In this document: positions 1 through 13,050 of the stretch, piece after piece
How the letters are laid out: each line of letters starts with the position of its first letter
How positions within the stretch are numbered: the first letter of the stretch is position 1
Source of the DNA: Sphaerodactylus townsendi
Taxonomy: Eukaryota
Assembly: GCF_021028975.2 (NCBI RefSeq)
Contig: NC_059433.1
Span: 2,480,001-2,544,000, forward strand
Direction: 5' to 3'
Length of the DNA stretch: 64,000 nt
The notes under the pieces: model-generated
What the model saw: the letters and a program-made list of their open reading frames with translations, nothing else
What the model was told of the DNA's origin: nothing
Databases searched by the model: none
Translations under genes and position numbers: made by a program

Positions 1-269
1 TCCCAGCTGCCCTTGGCCCGCCCCTTGCCGGCCCCAAGAGCTGCAGTTACAGTAAGATAACAAAGGGAAGAATACCAACATTCAAATACAGAGTTAACAT
101 TACAAAAGACAGGGGCCTGGCCACACCTTGGAGAGCTGTGGCTGCATTTTAGCTTTCGTTTCCTGGAAGGCTGGAAGGGGGAGGGGGGATGAGCCAGGGG
201 GCCCATCCTGACACCATCATGGGAACTGTAATCCATAACATGTGGAGAGCCTCGAGTTTGACACCTGTG

Positions 270-545
270 TTGTAGATCCTCAAAGATATTAGCTCCCATT
301 GGAAACAATGGGGGATGGTGTCACCCATCTGGGAGTCCATAACTTTGGACCCCTAAACCAAACTTCACCAAACCTGAGTCTCCCAAAAAATCCCTGAAAG
401 AGTGGTGCTGCTAAAGACTGCGCCACCTTCAGTCCAAAAACTGAAAAAACACTAAAAATACAAAAAATCACAAATGAGTTTAGGAGCTTCAGACATGCAA
501 TGGGGGGGGGGGAGGTTGAATCCGGGAACCCCCCTTACCCATGTC
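270..545. mobile_element. Fragment of a non-autonomous hAT-type element (same family as 28693-29491)
   Basis: tattagctcccattggaaacaatggggg...gggagtccataactttgga...ggtgctgcta is colinear with about 29196-29420. Confidence 0.6.
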
Positions 546-2578
546 CTTGCACAACATGAGATGGACTCTGTAAGAGAAGCCATTCATAGAGTTGCCATGA
601 GTTGAAGGTGACTTGACGGCATTTCACACACATATATGCACACAGCCTGAAGGAAAAAATATGGAGTCATACAAATATGCATTCTTTGAACTGTACATTG
701 TTAATGTATGTTGCAGTTTTATGGTTTCTCCATTCAACATATATTGGGCAACAACATTCCACTTTTAAATATTTGCTTTTGTTTTGAATCAGGAAGAATG
801 AAAACAAATTGAACAGAGCTCAGAATAGCCACACTTAATAATGCAAAGTAATGATTAAGGACTGTGATGTATTCCCAGGAACTATAAGGTCATGATAGGT
901 TATTCAGCTGCTTTACATCCTTCCGTAGGATGTTAACGATCAATTAATCCTGTGAAATAACATAGTACTACCTTACACTTAATTTTTACCAAGTCAGTTT
1001 TCATGGAAGTCACTTTAACAAGAGTAATTAAAAACAGTACAATGCCCCAGAGACTAAGCTATACCAGGGATAATGTATAAAAGTTTTTCACCCAAAAAAT
1101 CTCCAGGATTTTGGAGCCCAACTTGGAGCTGGCAGGCCTATGATGGGCACCTTGCTAAGGTAAACCAAACTTGTCTCTGTGGTTCCATTATTCCTTAACA
1201 AATAAAATTACAAATACAAAAATGAAGTTTGCAGTGCAAGAAGAAGGTGAATGTAGATATCCCAGCTGAAATGGCCACTGTGTATTGCACCATTCTCCAA
1301 ATATAATCAAATTCCTCCTCTTAACTCTCAGCAGGAGGGATATACTTCAGAGCTGTCAGAAAAAGCTAAGAGTCATAGATAGTGCCGGGGAAGACTTTTG
1401 ACTCTTTCTGCTGCTGCCTGCTTCTGGAGCCAGATGATTAATGATGCCATGAAAAGATTAAATAATGGAATCAGAGGGAAAAGATGAAAAGGCTGGGGCT
1501 GTGCAGGAAACACACAAATTGAATGAAAGAAGCTATTTAGGAAAGAGATGGTTCAGTGTGCTCCATCAGTCGGTGCAGAGCTTCATTCTGCTTGTTTATA
1601 ACCACCTTTATAAACTCTCCATCATTCTTCCATCTCTTTATGTACTAAACAGATTGAACTGCAAACAGGAAGAGAATTGGCATGCCAGAGCCCCAGGCCC
1701 TCCAAGGAAGGTTCCCAGTGGATCCTGCCCCCCACACTTTGTGCTGCTCAGATGCAACCAAACATAATCTGACCACCCCCACCCCTGCCCCAATATTATT
1801 TCACAACTGCCCTCCTTTTTGCAATCCCATTTGAGGCCTCTTTGAGAACCAAGTCCACATATCCTCAGAAGACAGAGGAAATCTTGTCTCCTGTGCGTAA
1901 ATCCTTCTCATGCTCAAATAGCTTTTTCAGGTCAATCTTCCTTGATGCAACTGCCTACAAGTCACAGACTGAACTAAGATTCTGAAGCCAAATCAGGTTC
2001 CTGGAAATTGTCGCTGAGCCTTGCAAACCTGTTTGAAAGTTGCTTCCCATATTGTCCCTTGTCTTTTACATGCACTTTCACTTTCCATTTTCAAAACTAT
2101 CTTTTGGTTTCTCTTGACTTCTAATCCCCCCCTGAATTCTATCTCTTCACACAGGGTCGATCCCAAAAGGCCTCTTGTAGAACCCCCCTCCCCCCACTTG
2201 AAGTCACAAGCATTCAGTCTGCCAAAATCAGGGCAACTGTAAACTTTAAAGAAAGGCCCTTCACCAATGGTAGGCACCAGTGTTTACTGACATTTTGTCA
2301 GGAATGTTATCTTGACTCAGCCAGATGAAATCTACAGACAAGGTGGGAAGAGACACTATAAATAAAGGAAGAAACAATAGGTGAGCAACATCTAACTGTC
2401 ACAATAGCTCATGTAGTCTATGGAGGTAAGAAAAATGCTGTCAAGAATTGTTCAAGCTAAAAGGTCTCTTTAGAATTTCAAAAGCTTCACTTGTCTCCCT
2501 TTTGCCTGGCCTGTTAACAGGAGATAAATACTGGCACCCCTCCTAATCAGTGACACAGGAGTACATTAATAGGGTGAC

Positions 2579-2862
2579 TGTCAGGACTGCAACTCCCAAC
2601 ATGCACTGCTTCCTGCCTTTTCCCAAACAGTGCAGGAAAACAAACTGAGAAGCTACATTCCACCAGAGCTTCAGAGCCAATGGGAGACCAGGAGCTGGTA
2701 GGAGGGGAAGAGTTGATTGGTTGCTGTCTGTCTTTGTAAATAGTTTAAATACTGGAACTGATGACAAGAATCCTCAGTTCCATTACTGTGTAGTTAGGGC
2801 AACATAAATCAATAAAGTTCCTCTTCTAAAGTTAGCTTTGTCTGAGTGTGTTCAGCCTTACA
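2579..2862 (+). mobile_element. 5' LTR of Gypsy element A
   Basis: TGTCA...TTACA ends, CCAAT/ATTGG boxes, TTTAAAT at 2744, AATAAA at 2811; followed by a self-complementary PBS and gag/pol remnants. Confidence 0.85.
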
Positions 2863-3850
2863 TTGTGCTGGAACTCACTCTTATTGTTCCACCATGTACC
2901 CAGACCCCTATAGGCATGGCTGGGTCAGGAGAACAAACCTATGCTCACTATCCCTGACTCTCCCCAGCAGGACAAGGGACCCTGGTGAAGCGGCCTACAC
3001 TCGAATGAGCGGGTGAGACACCCCCCTGCCATTCATCCTAACCAAATCCCAAGGACTGGGGAGTGGATCGAACTGCGAGGCGGACAAGCAGCGATGCGCT
3101 TATGAGGCACTGCGACTTCAGTCAGAGGAGGTTACTCGGGAGAGGGACCGGCTACAATCTGACTTTTCAGACCTTCAGCAGCAAGTGGCATTCCTATTGG
3201 CTGAATGAGAAAGGGAGAAAACGAGAGGGGCCCTCCGAATCCACTCGCACCCACCGTCACCACTTGGACCTGTGCCTGCACTATGGAGAAGGCAGCCACC
3301 TCATCGCGCCTTGCCCTGGTAGTCACATCCCAGCAGCTGCTTCTGGACCCAAGGGTCCGCAGCACCCAGGAACCCCCACAAAAGTTTCCCAACAGTCCCG
3401 CCCCACCACAGCCAGAGCCACCCTTAACCTGGCTGCCCAAGCTGGGACTGGACTACAATTTACCGGCGGGAAATGACAACGACCTGGCTTAAGGAGCGCC
3501 AATAACCAGGTCGTCCCTGCAGGCGCCAAGGGTGAGTGCTTCTCCACCATGCCCATAGTCATAGTGGTTACACCCTCCTGGGGTCTCAGACCCAGACCCA
3601 TGCCAAGGCCCTCATTGACTTGGGTTGCTTGAGGTGCCTGATCCATCCTGATTTGCTGGCGGCATTAGGACTTGGATTGTTAAACTGAAACGGCCACTCT
3701 GGTTCGAGCAGATGGATGGTACTGTACTGGGGGGGGGCCTTTCCACCCACAAGTCAGAGCCTGTGGTCGTATCATTTGCAGGGCACAGTGAGCAACAGTA
3801 GTTTGTAGTGGCCAAGTTGGGCAGCTACCCCCTATTGCTACGCATGCCCT
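2863..3850 (+). pseudogene. Gypsy element A: PBS, internally deleted gag, gag/pol frameshift site, aspartic protease remnant
   Basis: gag ends PAGNDNDLA* at 3492; protease motif AKALIDLGC(=DSG)...FEQMDG at about 3600-3850; multiple stops and frameshifts. Confidence 0.8.
3468..3526 (+). promoter_or_regulatory. -1 ribosomal frameshift cassette (degenerate slippery site plus H-type pseudoknot)
   Basis: G GGA AAT in gag phase at 3468-3474; stem1 acgacctgg 3479-3487 / ccaggtcgt 3506-3514; stem2 gcgcc 3496-3500 / ggcgc 3522-3526. Confidence 0.75.
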
Positions 3851-3867
3851 AGTGCTACGCATGCCCT

Positions 3868-5810
3868 GAGACAACACTTCTTGAACCAAGGCTATATGAA
3901 ATTGCTCATCCTTAGAATAGATCAGCACATCATCCAAATAAACATCATCCAAATAAACACCCACTCCTTTAAATAATAAATCATCCAGGATGCCATTTAT
4001 TAAACTTTGAAAAACGGATGGGGCTCCTTGTAATCCAAAGGGCATGACAAGATATTCAAACTGCCCATAGCGAGTATTAAAAGCAGTCAAATGTTCATGA
4101 CCCTCAGCCATTCGCACCCTATAGTAAGCCTCACGTAAATCCAACTTTGTGAAGATGCGACCAGAGCCGAGGTTTGCAAGTAAGTCCTTGATTAAGGGGA
4201 TGGGGTATTTGTTTGAGGCAGAAAGTGCGTTCAAACCTCTGAAATCGGTGCAGAGGCGTAAAGAGCCATCTTTCTTCTTTACAAACAGAACTGGAGCTGC
4301 AAAACCACTGCGCGCTTTCCGGTTAAATCCACGCGCCAAATTCTTATCCAAAAAAGCTCTAACTCAGCATCCTCAGCCGGGCTCATGGGATAAAGCCGTC
4401 CCTTTGGTAACTTAGCTCCTGGAACCAGTTCAATTTCAGTCAGTGGCCCAGTGGGGTGGCAAGGTATTACACTCAGTTTCCTCAAACACTCACCACAAGC
4501 CCCTATATGGCACAGGAATAGCAGGGTCGATGGGAGGCGGGGACAATGCGCAGGCAAGTCCGTTGGATGGGCGCAGCAAATGGCTCGGGAGGTAAGGGCT
4601 CATATGATCCCCGCAATGTGGATCAGTAAAAGTCAAAACATGCTGGGACCACTTTACAGATGGAACATGTTCCATAAGCCAAGAGAGTCCTAGAATCACA
4701 GGATATTGAGAAATAGGGGCAATAATGAAGCTGTGACGTTCCCAATGACCCTCACAGCTAACCAGAATCCTGGGCATGCGAGAAGTGATGGGACCACCTC
4801 CCATGGGACTACTGTCCATTTGGTCAAACCGAATAGTCTCCTTCAGACCAACCAGCTGCAGCGGTAGTGCCTCAACCAACCGAGGATGAATTAAACAATG
4901 AGAACAGCTGGTATCCACCAGGGCCTGAACCAGCAACTTCGGGCAGCCGGGACCATTAGTAAGCACAAGGGGTAGAATTCCGAAGCCTGGAGCATCCGCC
5001 AAGCCTCAGCTTCTGAGGAATCAGCTACTTCGGACGGGCGGACGGCCACTGATACATTCCCAGCCAGAGGTGCAGTCACCCAACTTGCGCTGCCAAAATC
5101 CAAGGGCTGAGAGTCTCAATAATCCAGGCCCCAAAGGCGGTGCACAGTAACAGAGCCATCTAACGGGGCAGTCAGGAACAGATTGGTGGAGTCCGAAAGG
5201 CCAGTTGGAGTAGGGTCTCCTCCAGAAGCGGTTGCTTCCCCTGATAACATCCGAGGCCCCTCGGCTTGGTCAGAGGCAAAATCCAAAGTCCCAGTTAATT
5301 CTGCAGGAATGGGGCGCCCAGCCTCTGCTCTTGCAGACACTTCTCCTTGCGGGGTTTCAAGCGAAGTCATGCTGATAGATTTAGTTCATTAAAAACGATG
5401 TAAAAATAAAGGGTGAAATTCCAGCAATGCACAGCAGCATGGAATTCGACCTATGGGGAGTACTGGCTTAATGTCAGAATCCCAAAAACACACGCAAACT
5501 CTTGTTGAAGAACAGTAGTTTTTAATGGTGTTGGATCTTCCCTGGTCAAAGCCAGTACTGAGAATTGCCCGCGCAAAACCCTACAGTTAAAACAACTTGC
5601 ACTTCCCAGGCTGGGAAAGCGCGCCTAAAAGTTACCATAAGAATGATAACATGAGATGGTCAGGCAGTGACCTTGGGCACCACCTGGTACTGCATAACAT
5701 CCTACAGAAACAGTGGAAAGACAGTTAGAAATGCATTTAACCCATTCCTCCACCCCCTGTGCATTTAGAAAGTAGCAAAAGCAAAACCCATAATAACAGG
5801 TCTCCTGACA
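3868..5810 (-). mobile_element. Gypsy element B (5' LTR 5472-5810, short gag remnant, protease, partial RT), nested in element A and 3'-truncated
   Basis: ORF 4490-5002 ALVDTSCSHC (protease); ORF 3680-4351 [34 protein letters not shown]; LTR with TGTCA/TGACA ends. Confidence 0.9.
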
Positions 5811-6985
5811 CGCCTCCCCACCCCTCCCAGTGGGGCCCTGCCAGATCCCGTGGCTTCTCCCCCTGCCCATTCCAGTGACAGTGGTCGACTTTAGGCGGGT
5901 TCCTTGATGATGCCACAGTCTCCCGCCTCTGCCCTCCCGGGGCCCTACCGTGATCTCGCCAAGGCTTTTGACGAAGCAGAGTGTGACTGCCTGCCTGCCA
6001 CCCCACCACAGCACCAACTACTCAATCGAACTGGTCCCGGGGGCCCAACTTCCCAAGGGGAAACTGTATCAGATGAACCCCTGCAAGCTGGCGGCACTGC
6101 GGGAGTTTGTCGACAAGAATTTGGCATGAGGCTTCATTAGAACTTCCAAGTCTCACTTGGGGCCCCCGTTCTTTTCCGCAAGAAGGACGGCTCCCTCTGC
6201 CTCTGTACAGACTACAGAGGCCTGAATGCAGTGTCCCTGAACAATAAATAGCCCCTTCCCTTGATCAAAGACTTGTTGGGACACCTCTCCAATGGCAAGG
6301 TGTTCAACAAACTGGATTTGCGGGAGGCGTATTTTCAGGTCTGCATTGCTGAGGGACAGGAACACCTCACTGTTTTCAATACGTCCCAAGGCCAGTTCAA
6401 GTACCTCATCATGCCATTTGGCCTCAGTGGGGTCTCCAGGGTATTCATGAATGTCATCAACGAGGTCCTACATGACCCGCTGTTTAAGGGCGTTGTTTAT
6501 TTAGAGGATGTGTTGATCTAGTTTGAGAACATCCAGGTGCACATCAAGCTTTGTTCGGGAGGCGCTGCGCTGCCTCATGCGGCACAAACTCTATGCCAAG
6601 CTTTCGAAATGTGAGTTCTACCAGGAACGGGTGGACTTTTTGGGCTACCGCATCTCAGGGCAGGGGTTGAGATGGGCCCAGGCAAGGTTCAGGCTGTTAT
6701 AGACTGGCTACCCCATGCACATGCAGGCAACTACAGTCCTTTGGGGGGGGGTCTGCGAACTTCTACAGGGACTTCATCCCTGACTTTGCCAGGGTAGCCC
6801 TTCCCCTCACTGACCTTCTCTGCACCAAAAGTACTGGGCCTGGGTGGCCAGGGCGGGATCACCCCTTGCCTGGACAGCAGAGTTCCAGGGGGCATTCCAG
6901 GCACTCAAGGGGATCCATGGCACCGGTGTTGGTGCACGCGAACCCCAGCAAACCGTTTATTCTACATGTTGATGCTTCGGACTGC
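5811..6985 (+). pseudogene. Gypsy element A continued: RT through start of RNase H
   Basis: [38 protein letters not shown], then NPSKPFILHVDASD at about 6940-6982; stops and frameshifts. Confidence 0.85.
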
Positions 6986-9764
6986 CATCCATTTGTGTGA
7001 ATGGAATCAGCTTAACTAGGGGAAGTAATTGTAATCCAAGTTCCTCCGCTACCTGTGGACGCATAAGGCAATGGGAAGACCCAGAGTCAATGAGAGCCCG
7101 AGCCCAAATGCAGGTGTTCTTAGCAGGGTTGGATAGCATAGTCATAAGGGTAATGGGGGCGCCTCCATCACTCACCGCATCTTTCGGTGGACCCGTGGTC
7201 TCAGGAACAGCCATGGAGAGGCTAATTCCAGTGGTCTCCACCTCATCCTCAGGGAAGTCAATTTCTTCAGCTGCAAGTCCCTTGGATGTCCCCTGAGGAG
7301 CTTTGGTTCCAGAAACACGTTTAGTTGGTTTGGCCGTCGCTTTACATGGAGCAGTTCCTCTTACGGGTTTAGGTTTCTTGGGACACATAGCAGCCATATG
7401 ATCCACCTCCCCACAGTATAAGGTTCCAACTGGCGACGGTGCTTGGAGATGGTTTCGGTACCAGAAGCAAATGTGCCAGTGGTGACAGGTGTCTTCTTGG
7501 TGGGAGGAGATGGGCGTCTGGTGGGTTGAGGTTTAATTCCAGACCCTTTAGAGCGATTGAGCCTCGTGGCAATAACACTACCCTCTTCAATCCATTCTGC
7601 CACTGTTCGGGGTTCATTGTTCATGACCGCCCAGCTCCAGATCTCCGGATTGACAGCTTCATAAAACATTTCAGCCTTCATCCGAACAGGCCATTCTGGG
7701 ATCTTGCTTGCAAGGGTTGTTTGACTTGTTGCCCTGTTGAAGTTTCTTGAGAGCTGTTTTGGCGTTATCACTGGCATCATGATCCTCAAAACGTAAACGC
7801 AACCCCTGTAAAAACTCTGCTACGGAGTTAAGTTCCTCTGCATCCATATCAAATAGCTTGGCAAACCACTCTGCTGCCACACCATCCAATACCGATCCGA
7901 TGTCTCGTACTTTCTCCCTCTCTGATTGATACATGTCATCGTATTCCTGCATATGCGAATCAAGCTGCAGTATGACATAGGGCAATTTTGAAGTGGTTCC
8001 ATCAAAAGAGGCTGGAATACATGGGCAAGTAAAACCGCATCCTGGGGGACCTGGTGGGAAGGGTCTCGGGCTGGCGGAATACGGCAATGCACCACCTGTT
8101 CCTTCCATGGCGGCTGGGAAGCCTAGGCTGGTGCCTTCTGGGGACGCAGCGTGTCCTTTTGCCCTTGTAGGCGATCAATGGGCGACCGTTGGCGTCCCGA
8201 ACGTAACTCTGCTGCTCGGGCCGATAATTCACGTTGGAGATCCGTGACAGTGGCATGTTCATGAGCTTCAGTAGCCAACAGGTCCCATTCTTTTTGGCAT
8301 AACTCAGCTAGTTCCTTCTCTAGAGCTGTCTGTTCCTGCTGGATTCGGACCAGTTCAGTGTTCTGCACAGCCGAGTGTCTGGTCTGTTAGAGATTCAGGA
8401 AGCGCAGATGTTGAAGTTCTCGCAGGAGTTCCTGCTTGGATTGCTCTGCACTTTGCAAAACTTCCCATTCTTGTTGCTCCCATTCTCACAGGAGTTGTTG
8501 GTATAATTCCTCACATTCCTTATTATACTCCTCACAAAGTTGAAGCTGCTGGTGAACTCCTTCGTCAATCAAGGCTTCTTGAGCCGTTTGCCATTCACAT
8601 CTAGCTGATTCCAAAGCTGCCTGTTGAGCCTGGTATAATTGCTGAGAATCAGGCTCGTAGCAAGGTTCTGGCCATTCTGGGAGCTCACTCTCATGGGACG
8701 CTGTCGCACCAGGGGGATCTGGAGGATCAGCAGATTCCACAGCACCAGATGCCCCAGGGGGAAGTAATGCTGGTTGCAATGCCTCATTCGCTAGTAAACG
8801 TTCCCTCTCTTCCTCCTCATCTGGCCACGGTGATGGTTCACCCCCGACAGGCAGCTCCTCTTCGATTGAGTCTTTCTGGAGGTAACCAGTGGAAATCTGG
8901 GTCAGGCCCTGGTACTCTGTAATCATTCTCTTGCCATAGTCTCCTTGAAATGCAGATTGAGAAATCGCTCCAGTGATTCACAGGTGGTGCCATGTATGGT
9001 GGACAGTCCAATTTCCTTGGTCACCATATGGATCACTGGTTTGTAATCCATCCGGCAGCGGGTACTAATGTGTAACCCCACCAGTTGACGATCCATCACT
9101 GCCCCTCCGACTGGATCAGATGGTTCAGCAGCCAGTGGAAGACAGCATGCTGACAAGGTTTTATGGGTTGCCATCAGGGTTGCCTGTTCCACCTGCTCTT
9201 GCAAGCCTAGGAATGTAACTCTCCGGCTGAGATGGGGATGAGACAGCGCAACCAGGGATGGAGGCTCCAGATCCGGATCTAAGTCAGGCTCTTTCAGCTG
9301 GGTTAGGTCAGGGGGAGAGTAAGTGTGACCTATGGGGGCCTCCGCTCCAATCTCATATTCCGAATTGAACGGACCCCTGAATCCTAACTTATCAGGATCA
9401 GTTGGCATGAGACCACAGTGAGACATCAGGTAACCTTGTACATAAAATTGTCAAAAGTTACACTGAGACGGGAGAACTCACATAATGTAATGAACTTGGA
9501 AAGTCCAGGCAAAAGTAACCTTTTAACAGTTCTTTATTGTGCTGGCAGTCAGTTAAAAACAAGCAATGCGAGTTCTGAAGGTTTCAGAACATTGATAGCA
9601 GTTTAATACAGTAGCAATTCCCCTTCCTGCCACAGAAAGTTAAACAAGGAATAGTTTCACACAGGCAAAGAGAGATAATACTCGACCGGGATCCCCCAGT
9701 CTAGGCATACAGCCAGAGAAGGGGAGGCAAAAGAAAAAAGAGAGGGGGGAGCCATTTCTCCACA
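6980..9764 (-). mobile_element. Gypsy element C (5' LTR about 9486-9764, long gag, protease; 3'-truncated)
   Basis: Capsid-like ASFDG...LDGVAAEWF...LRLRFED (7671-8108), zinc knuckle YCGEVDHMAAMC, protease ALIDSGSS; LTR end ACA at 9486 followed by self-complementary PBS. Confidence 0.85.
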
Positions 9765-10530
9765 GACTTAATAAACCGCTCTCCACTGAAAGGCTCAGAG
9801 CAGTGTACAGGCAACAAATAACAGAATACAAAAAAGATCAAATACATCATTAAATTACATAAAACCAATAAAATCTGTTGCAGCAATACAACCCAGCCAC
9901 AATTTGGTGGATGGCGTCTAGTCCTATCCCTGGGANNNNNNNNNNNNNNNNNNNNNNNNNNNNNNNNNNNNNNNNNNNNNNNNNNNNNNNNNNNNNNNNN
10001 NNNNNNNNNNNNNNNNNNNNNNNNNNNNNNNNNNNNNNNNNNNNNNNNNNNNNNNNNNNNNNNNNNNNNNNNAAAGAGCGTTCCACCAGGCGGGGGCCAG
10101 GGCCATAAAACCCTGGCCCTGGTGGAGGCTAGCTGCATCAGAGAGGGGCGGGGACCACAACAAATTAGTGTCCACTGAATGGAGGGATCTAGTTGAGACA
10201 TATGGGGTATGGCAGTCTTGAAGGTATGAGTGCCCCAGGCCATGAAGGGCCAACACCTTGAAGGCGATCCAGAATTCCACTGGGAGTCAGTGCAGGTGGC
10301 GAAGCACAGGGGTGATATGATCCCTGGCTAAAACACCCACAAGAAGGCGGGCTGCTCCATTCTGGATCAGCTTCAATTTCTGTATCCACCACAAGAGCAG
10401 GCCTGCGTAGAGCAAGTTATAATAGTCTAATCTGGAGGTGACCGTTACATGGATCACTGTGGCCAGGTCGGCCTGGGAGAGATAGGGGGCCAGCCAGTTC
10501 CCACAATTGTGAGGCTCATATTTTTTACCA
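9765..10530 (-). mobile_element. L2-clade LINE 3' fragment (contains N gap 9936-10072)
   Basis: LATVIHVTVTSRLDYYN, QNGAARLL, HITPVLRHLH, FKVLAL; similar to 28114-30010 and 62085-63640. Confidence 0.85.
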
Positions 10531-12155
10531 TGTGGGTTAGGAGACTGCATTGGGGAGTGGAAAGAGAGGGAAGCTGTTTCTCTTGTGAGCAGTGTTTGAC
10601 GGATGGAAGAGGATCAAGGGAGCTATTTCACCCCCTTGCCACTGCCACCTCCGGATCCACATTACTCCACACAAGTCCCATGATTCCATAGATGTTAGCG
10701 CTGAATCCAGCCCAATATTTCTGTAGGATCTTCAACTTTGTACTGTCAGTTGCATTGAGAACATATTTTAGTAGAATATCCATGGAGCATTAACTCACAT
10801 TGGGCTTATTGTAGGGTATACTAATTCACATGGTAATCAGTGGAGTTCTCTGTGGGTTAAAAATCATTCTGACAGTCTTTCAAGCTGTGGAATGGATTGC
10901 AGAATCTGGAATAGAGCCTATGTGTGCTATGGTTGCTTTGCCTGGCCTAGCAGCCAGTAAGAGATGGGCAGGAGGACAACCCCACTGAGGAGGGCAAGGC
11001 TGAGATATTAACCCTCCACATGACTTCTTCCAACAGCTGATGGCATTATTGCCAATTGTTTGAAAAGGCTGTTTGCATGCAACCCCTGCAGCTTGATTGA
11101 TGATTGGGCCTTGTACATAGTGCTCATTTGCAGACACAGTTCTTTATCTAGCCAGTGCCCACATTAACTTACTGATCTATAATCCCCATTTCTCATTGTG
11201 AATCAAGAAGGGCTGCAAGAATTTTAAAAAATGTAATCAAAAGAGTAGAACACATATAGAAAAATGTGCAGTAAAATATAATACATAAAATAGCGTGAGA
11301 AAAAAGAACTCCCTAAAATTTTCACAGACATTAAAGTTAGAACTATATTCTCCTTATTAAAAATACCCTCCTCAACAGCTCCATTTAACAACAATCTTAT
11401 TCGATTAATAAAGATCTGCGCTTACTTTTGTGAATGACAGTGGTGATAGATATATTTGTTGTAATTCTCTTCAGACAAAAATGCATGTATGTGAAACCGA
11501 TCTTTGAATAAGAAACATGCTAATATATAAATCAGTCTTTAAATATGAATAGTTATAAGATAAATGTGTCTTGTAAAAAGATTGTCTCATAATACGGTGT
11601 ATATATGAAATGACTGAAAATGTGTACAAGGAACCCAAAATGATAAATGAGGTATACAGTTTTTGGCAATAACAATTTTAATTGAATAGAGGCATAGCAT
11701 TGCTGAGCACTGGCAACCAGCAAAATATATATCCTGCTCAAATCCTCTGATTTGTCGAAATAGTAAAACTATTTTTTGAAAACGCTTGAAGAACTAATTA
11801 GAGTTTAATCACAATCAAGAGGATCTCTGAGAAAGCAGAGAGAAAAGACAATACACCAAGCGACATCAAACCTGCACATTGGGTTGATAAATGGCTGCAC
11901 AGAAAAAAAATAAAGATTGATTGAAGCAAAGCAGAGAATATATTGGATTTTGGGGTTGTTTGATTGCCTGCCTTGCTGTAGGCAACAACCAGGCATGTCT
12001 GAAGTTGTTTATACTAGGCTGAGAACCATAAAAAATCCCAAGAAACAGTGCTGGAAGAAAAAGAAAGTAACCACATGTCCATATTGCCAGGGACTCTGGG
12101 GCTTTAACAGAAGACTCATGGCTTGAGGCTGAGGCCTAGCTAGTGAGCTATCTGG

Positions 12156-12157
<2 letters not shown>

Positions 12158-12197
<40 letters not shown>

Positions 12198-12205
12198 TGT
12201 GTGTA
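12158..12205. repeat. (TG)n microsatellite
   Basis: Direct inspection. Confidence 0.95.
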
Positions 12206-12599
12206 TATGAAGTCCTCAGAGAACTATTCAGACACAGCCAAGTGTGTGAAATATCCATCATTATGACCAGAAGGCAGTAGAACTCTCCACATAGGTTAGG
12301 CTGAGGCAGTGGGTAAATGTTGATCTTTTGTCTGCTGCATTTAAAGAATTCCCTGCACTCAGAATATGAGGTTCAGCAGTTCAAAATAATTGTCTTCAAC
12401 ACAAAGGAAAACATTAAACTGCCAAACACTTATTTGACTTAAATTGTATATTTGAGAAGTTGCCTACACCAAATGTGTTACAGAGATTGGATTGGGGTTT
12501 CCCTGACCAGCTTCACAGTCACACATATGATTGGAAGACTCACCTTAGCAAGTGTTGCACAAGGGCTTCTGTCTTCCCTTTCATGGTTTTTTTCAGAGT

Positions 12600-13050
12600 G
12601 CAAATGGCTCCGGGAGGTTTGCTTGTCCCATGCACCATCAGTCACATGGTCCCACATAGTTCGTTTTACTGACCCACCCTGTGGGGACCACATGCATGAA
12701 GGTGACCCACCTGAACCAAACACTCCTGCTTTGGCTTCCAGCTTAACCTCGCTGCCCGAACTGCCTGGAGTGCCTAAGCACTACTGGGACCTCTCCAGAG
12801 TTTTTGAGGAGTGGGAATGCGACCAGCTGGTCCCCATAGGGATACAGATTGTAAGACTGAGTTGATTCTGGGACTAAGCTTCCGAAGGGCCATGTTTATC
12901 GGATGAGCCCCACTGAAGAGACTGAGTTAAGGGCATTCTGGACAAGAACCTGGCTTGCGGGTTTATTCGGAAGGCAACTATAAACACTTACGCTGCGCCA
13001 GTGTTGTTTGTCAAGAAAAAGGATGGCTCTTTGAGATTGTGCACTGACTA
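12600..13050 (+). mobile_element. Gypsy pol fragment (protease end to RT start), interrupted by L1 3' end
   Basis: [41 protein letters not shown]; close to element B sequence. Confidence 0.85.

Noticed and set aside
1865-1954. Possible minus-strand terminal exon AVASRKIDLKKLFEHEKDLRTGDKISSVF*
   Set aside because: Weak acceptor, no recognisable protein and no partner exons.
6957-9426. Domesticated PEG10/RTL-like host gene
   Set aside because: Multiple stops and frameshifts, an attached LTR and PBS, and truncation indicate an ordinary dead element.
11866-11894. Good minus-strand acceptor followed by IYQPNVQV* and AT-rich UTR-like sequence
   Set aside because: Too short to identify; cannot be supported without expression or conservation data.
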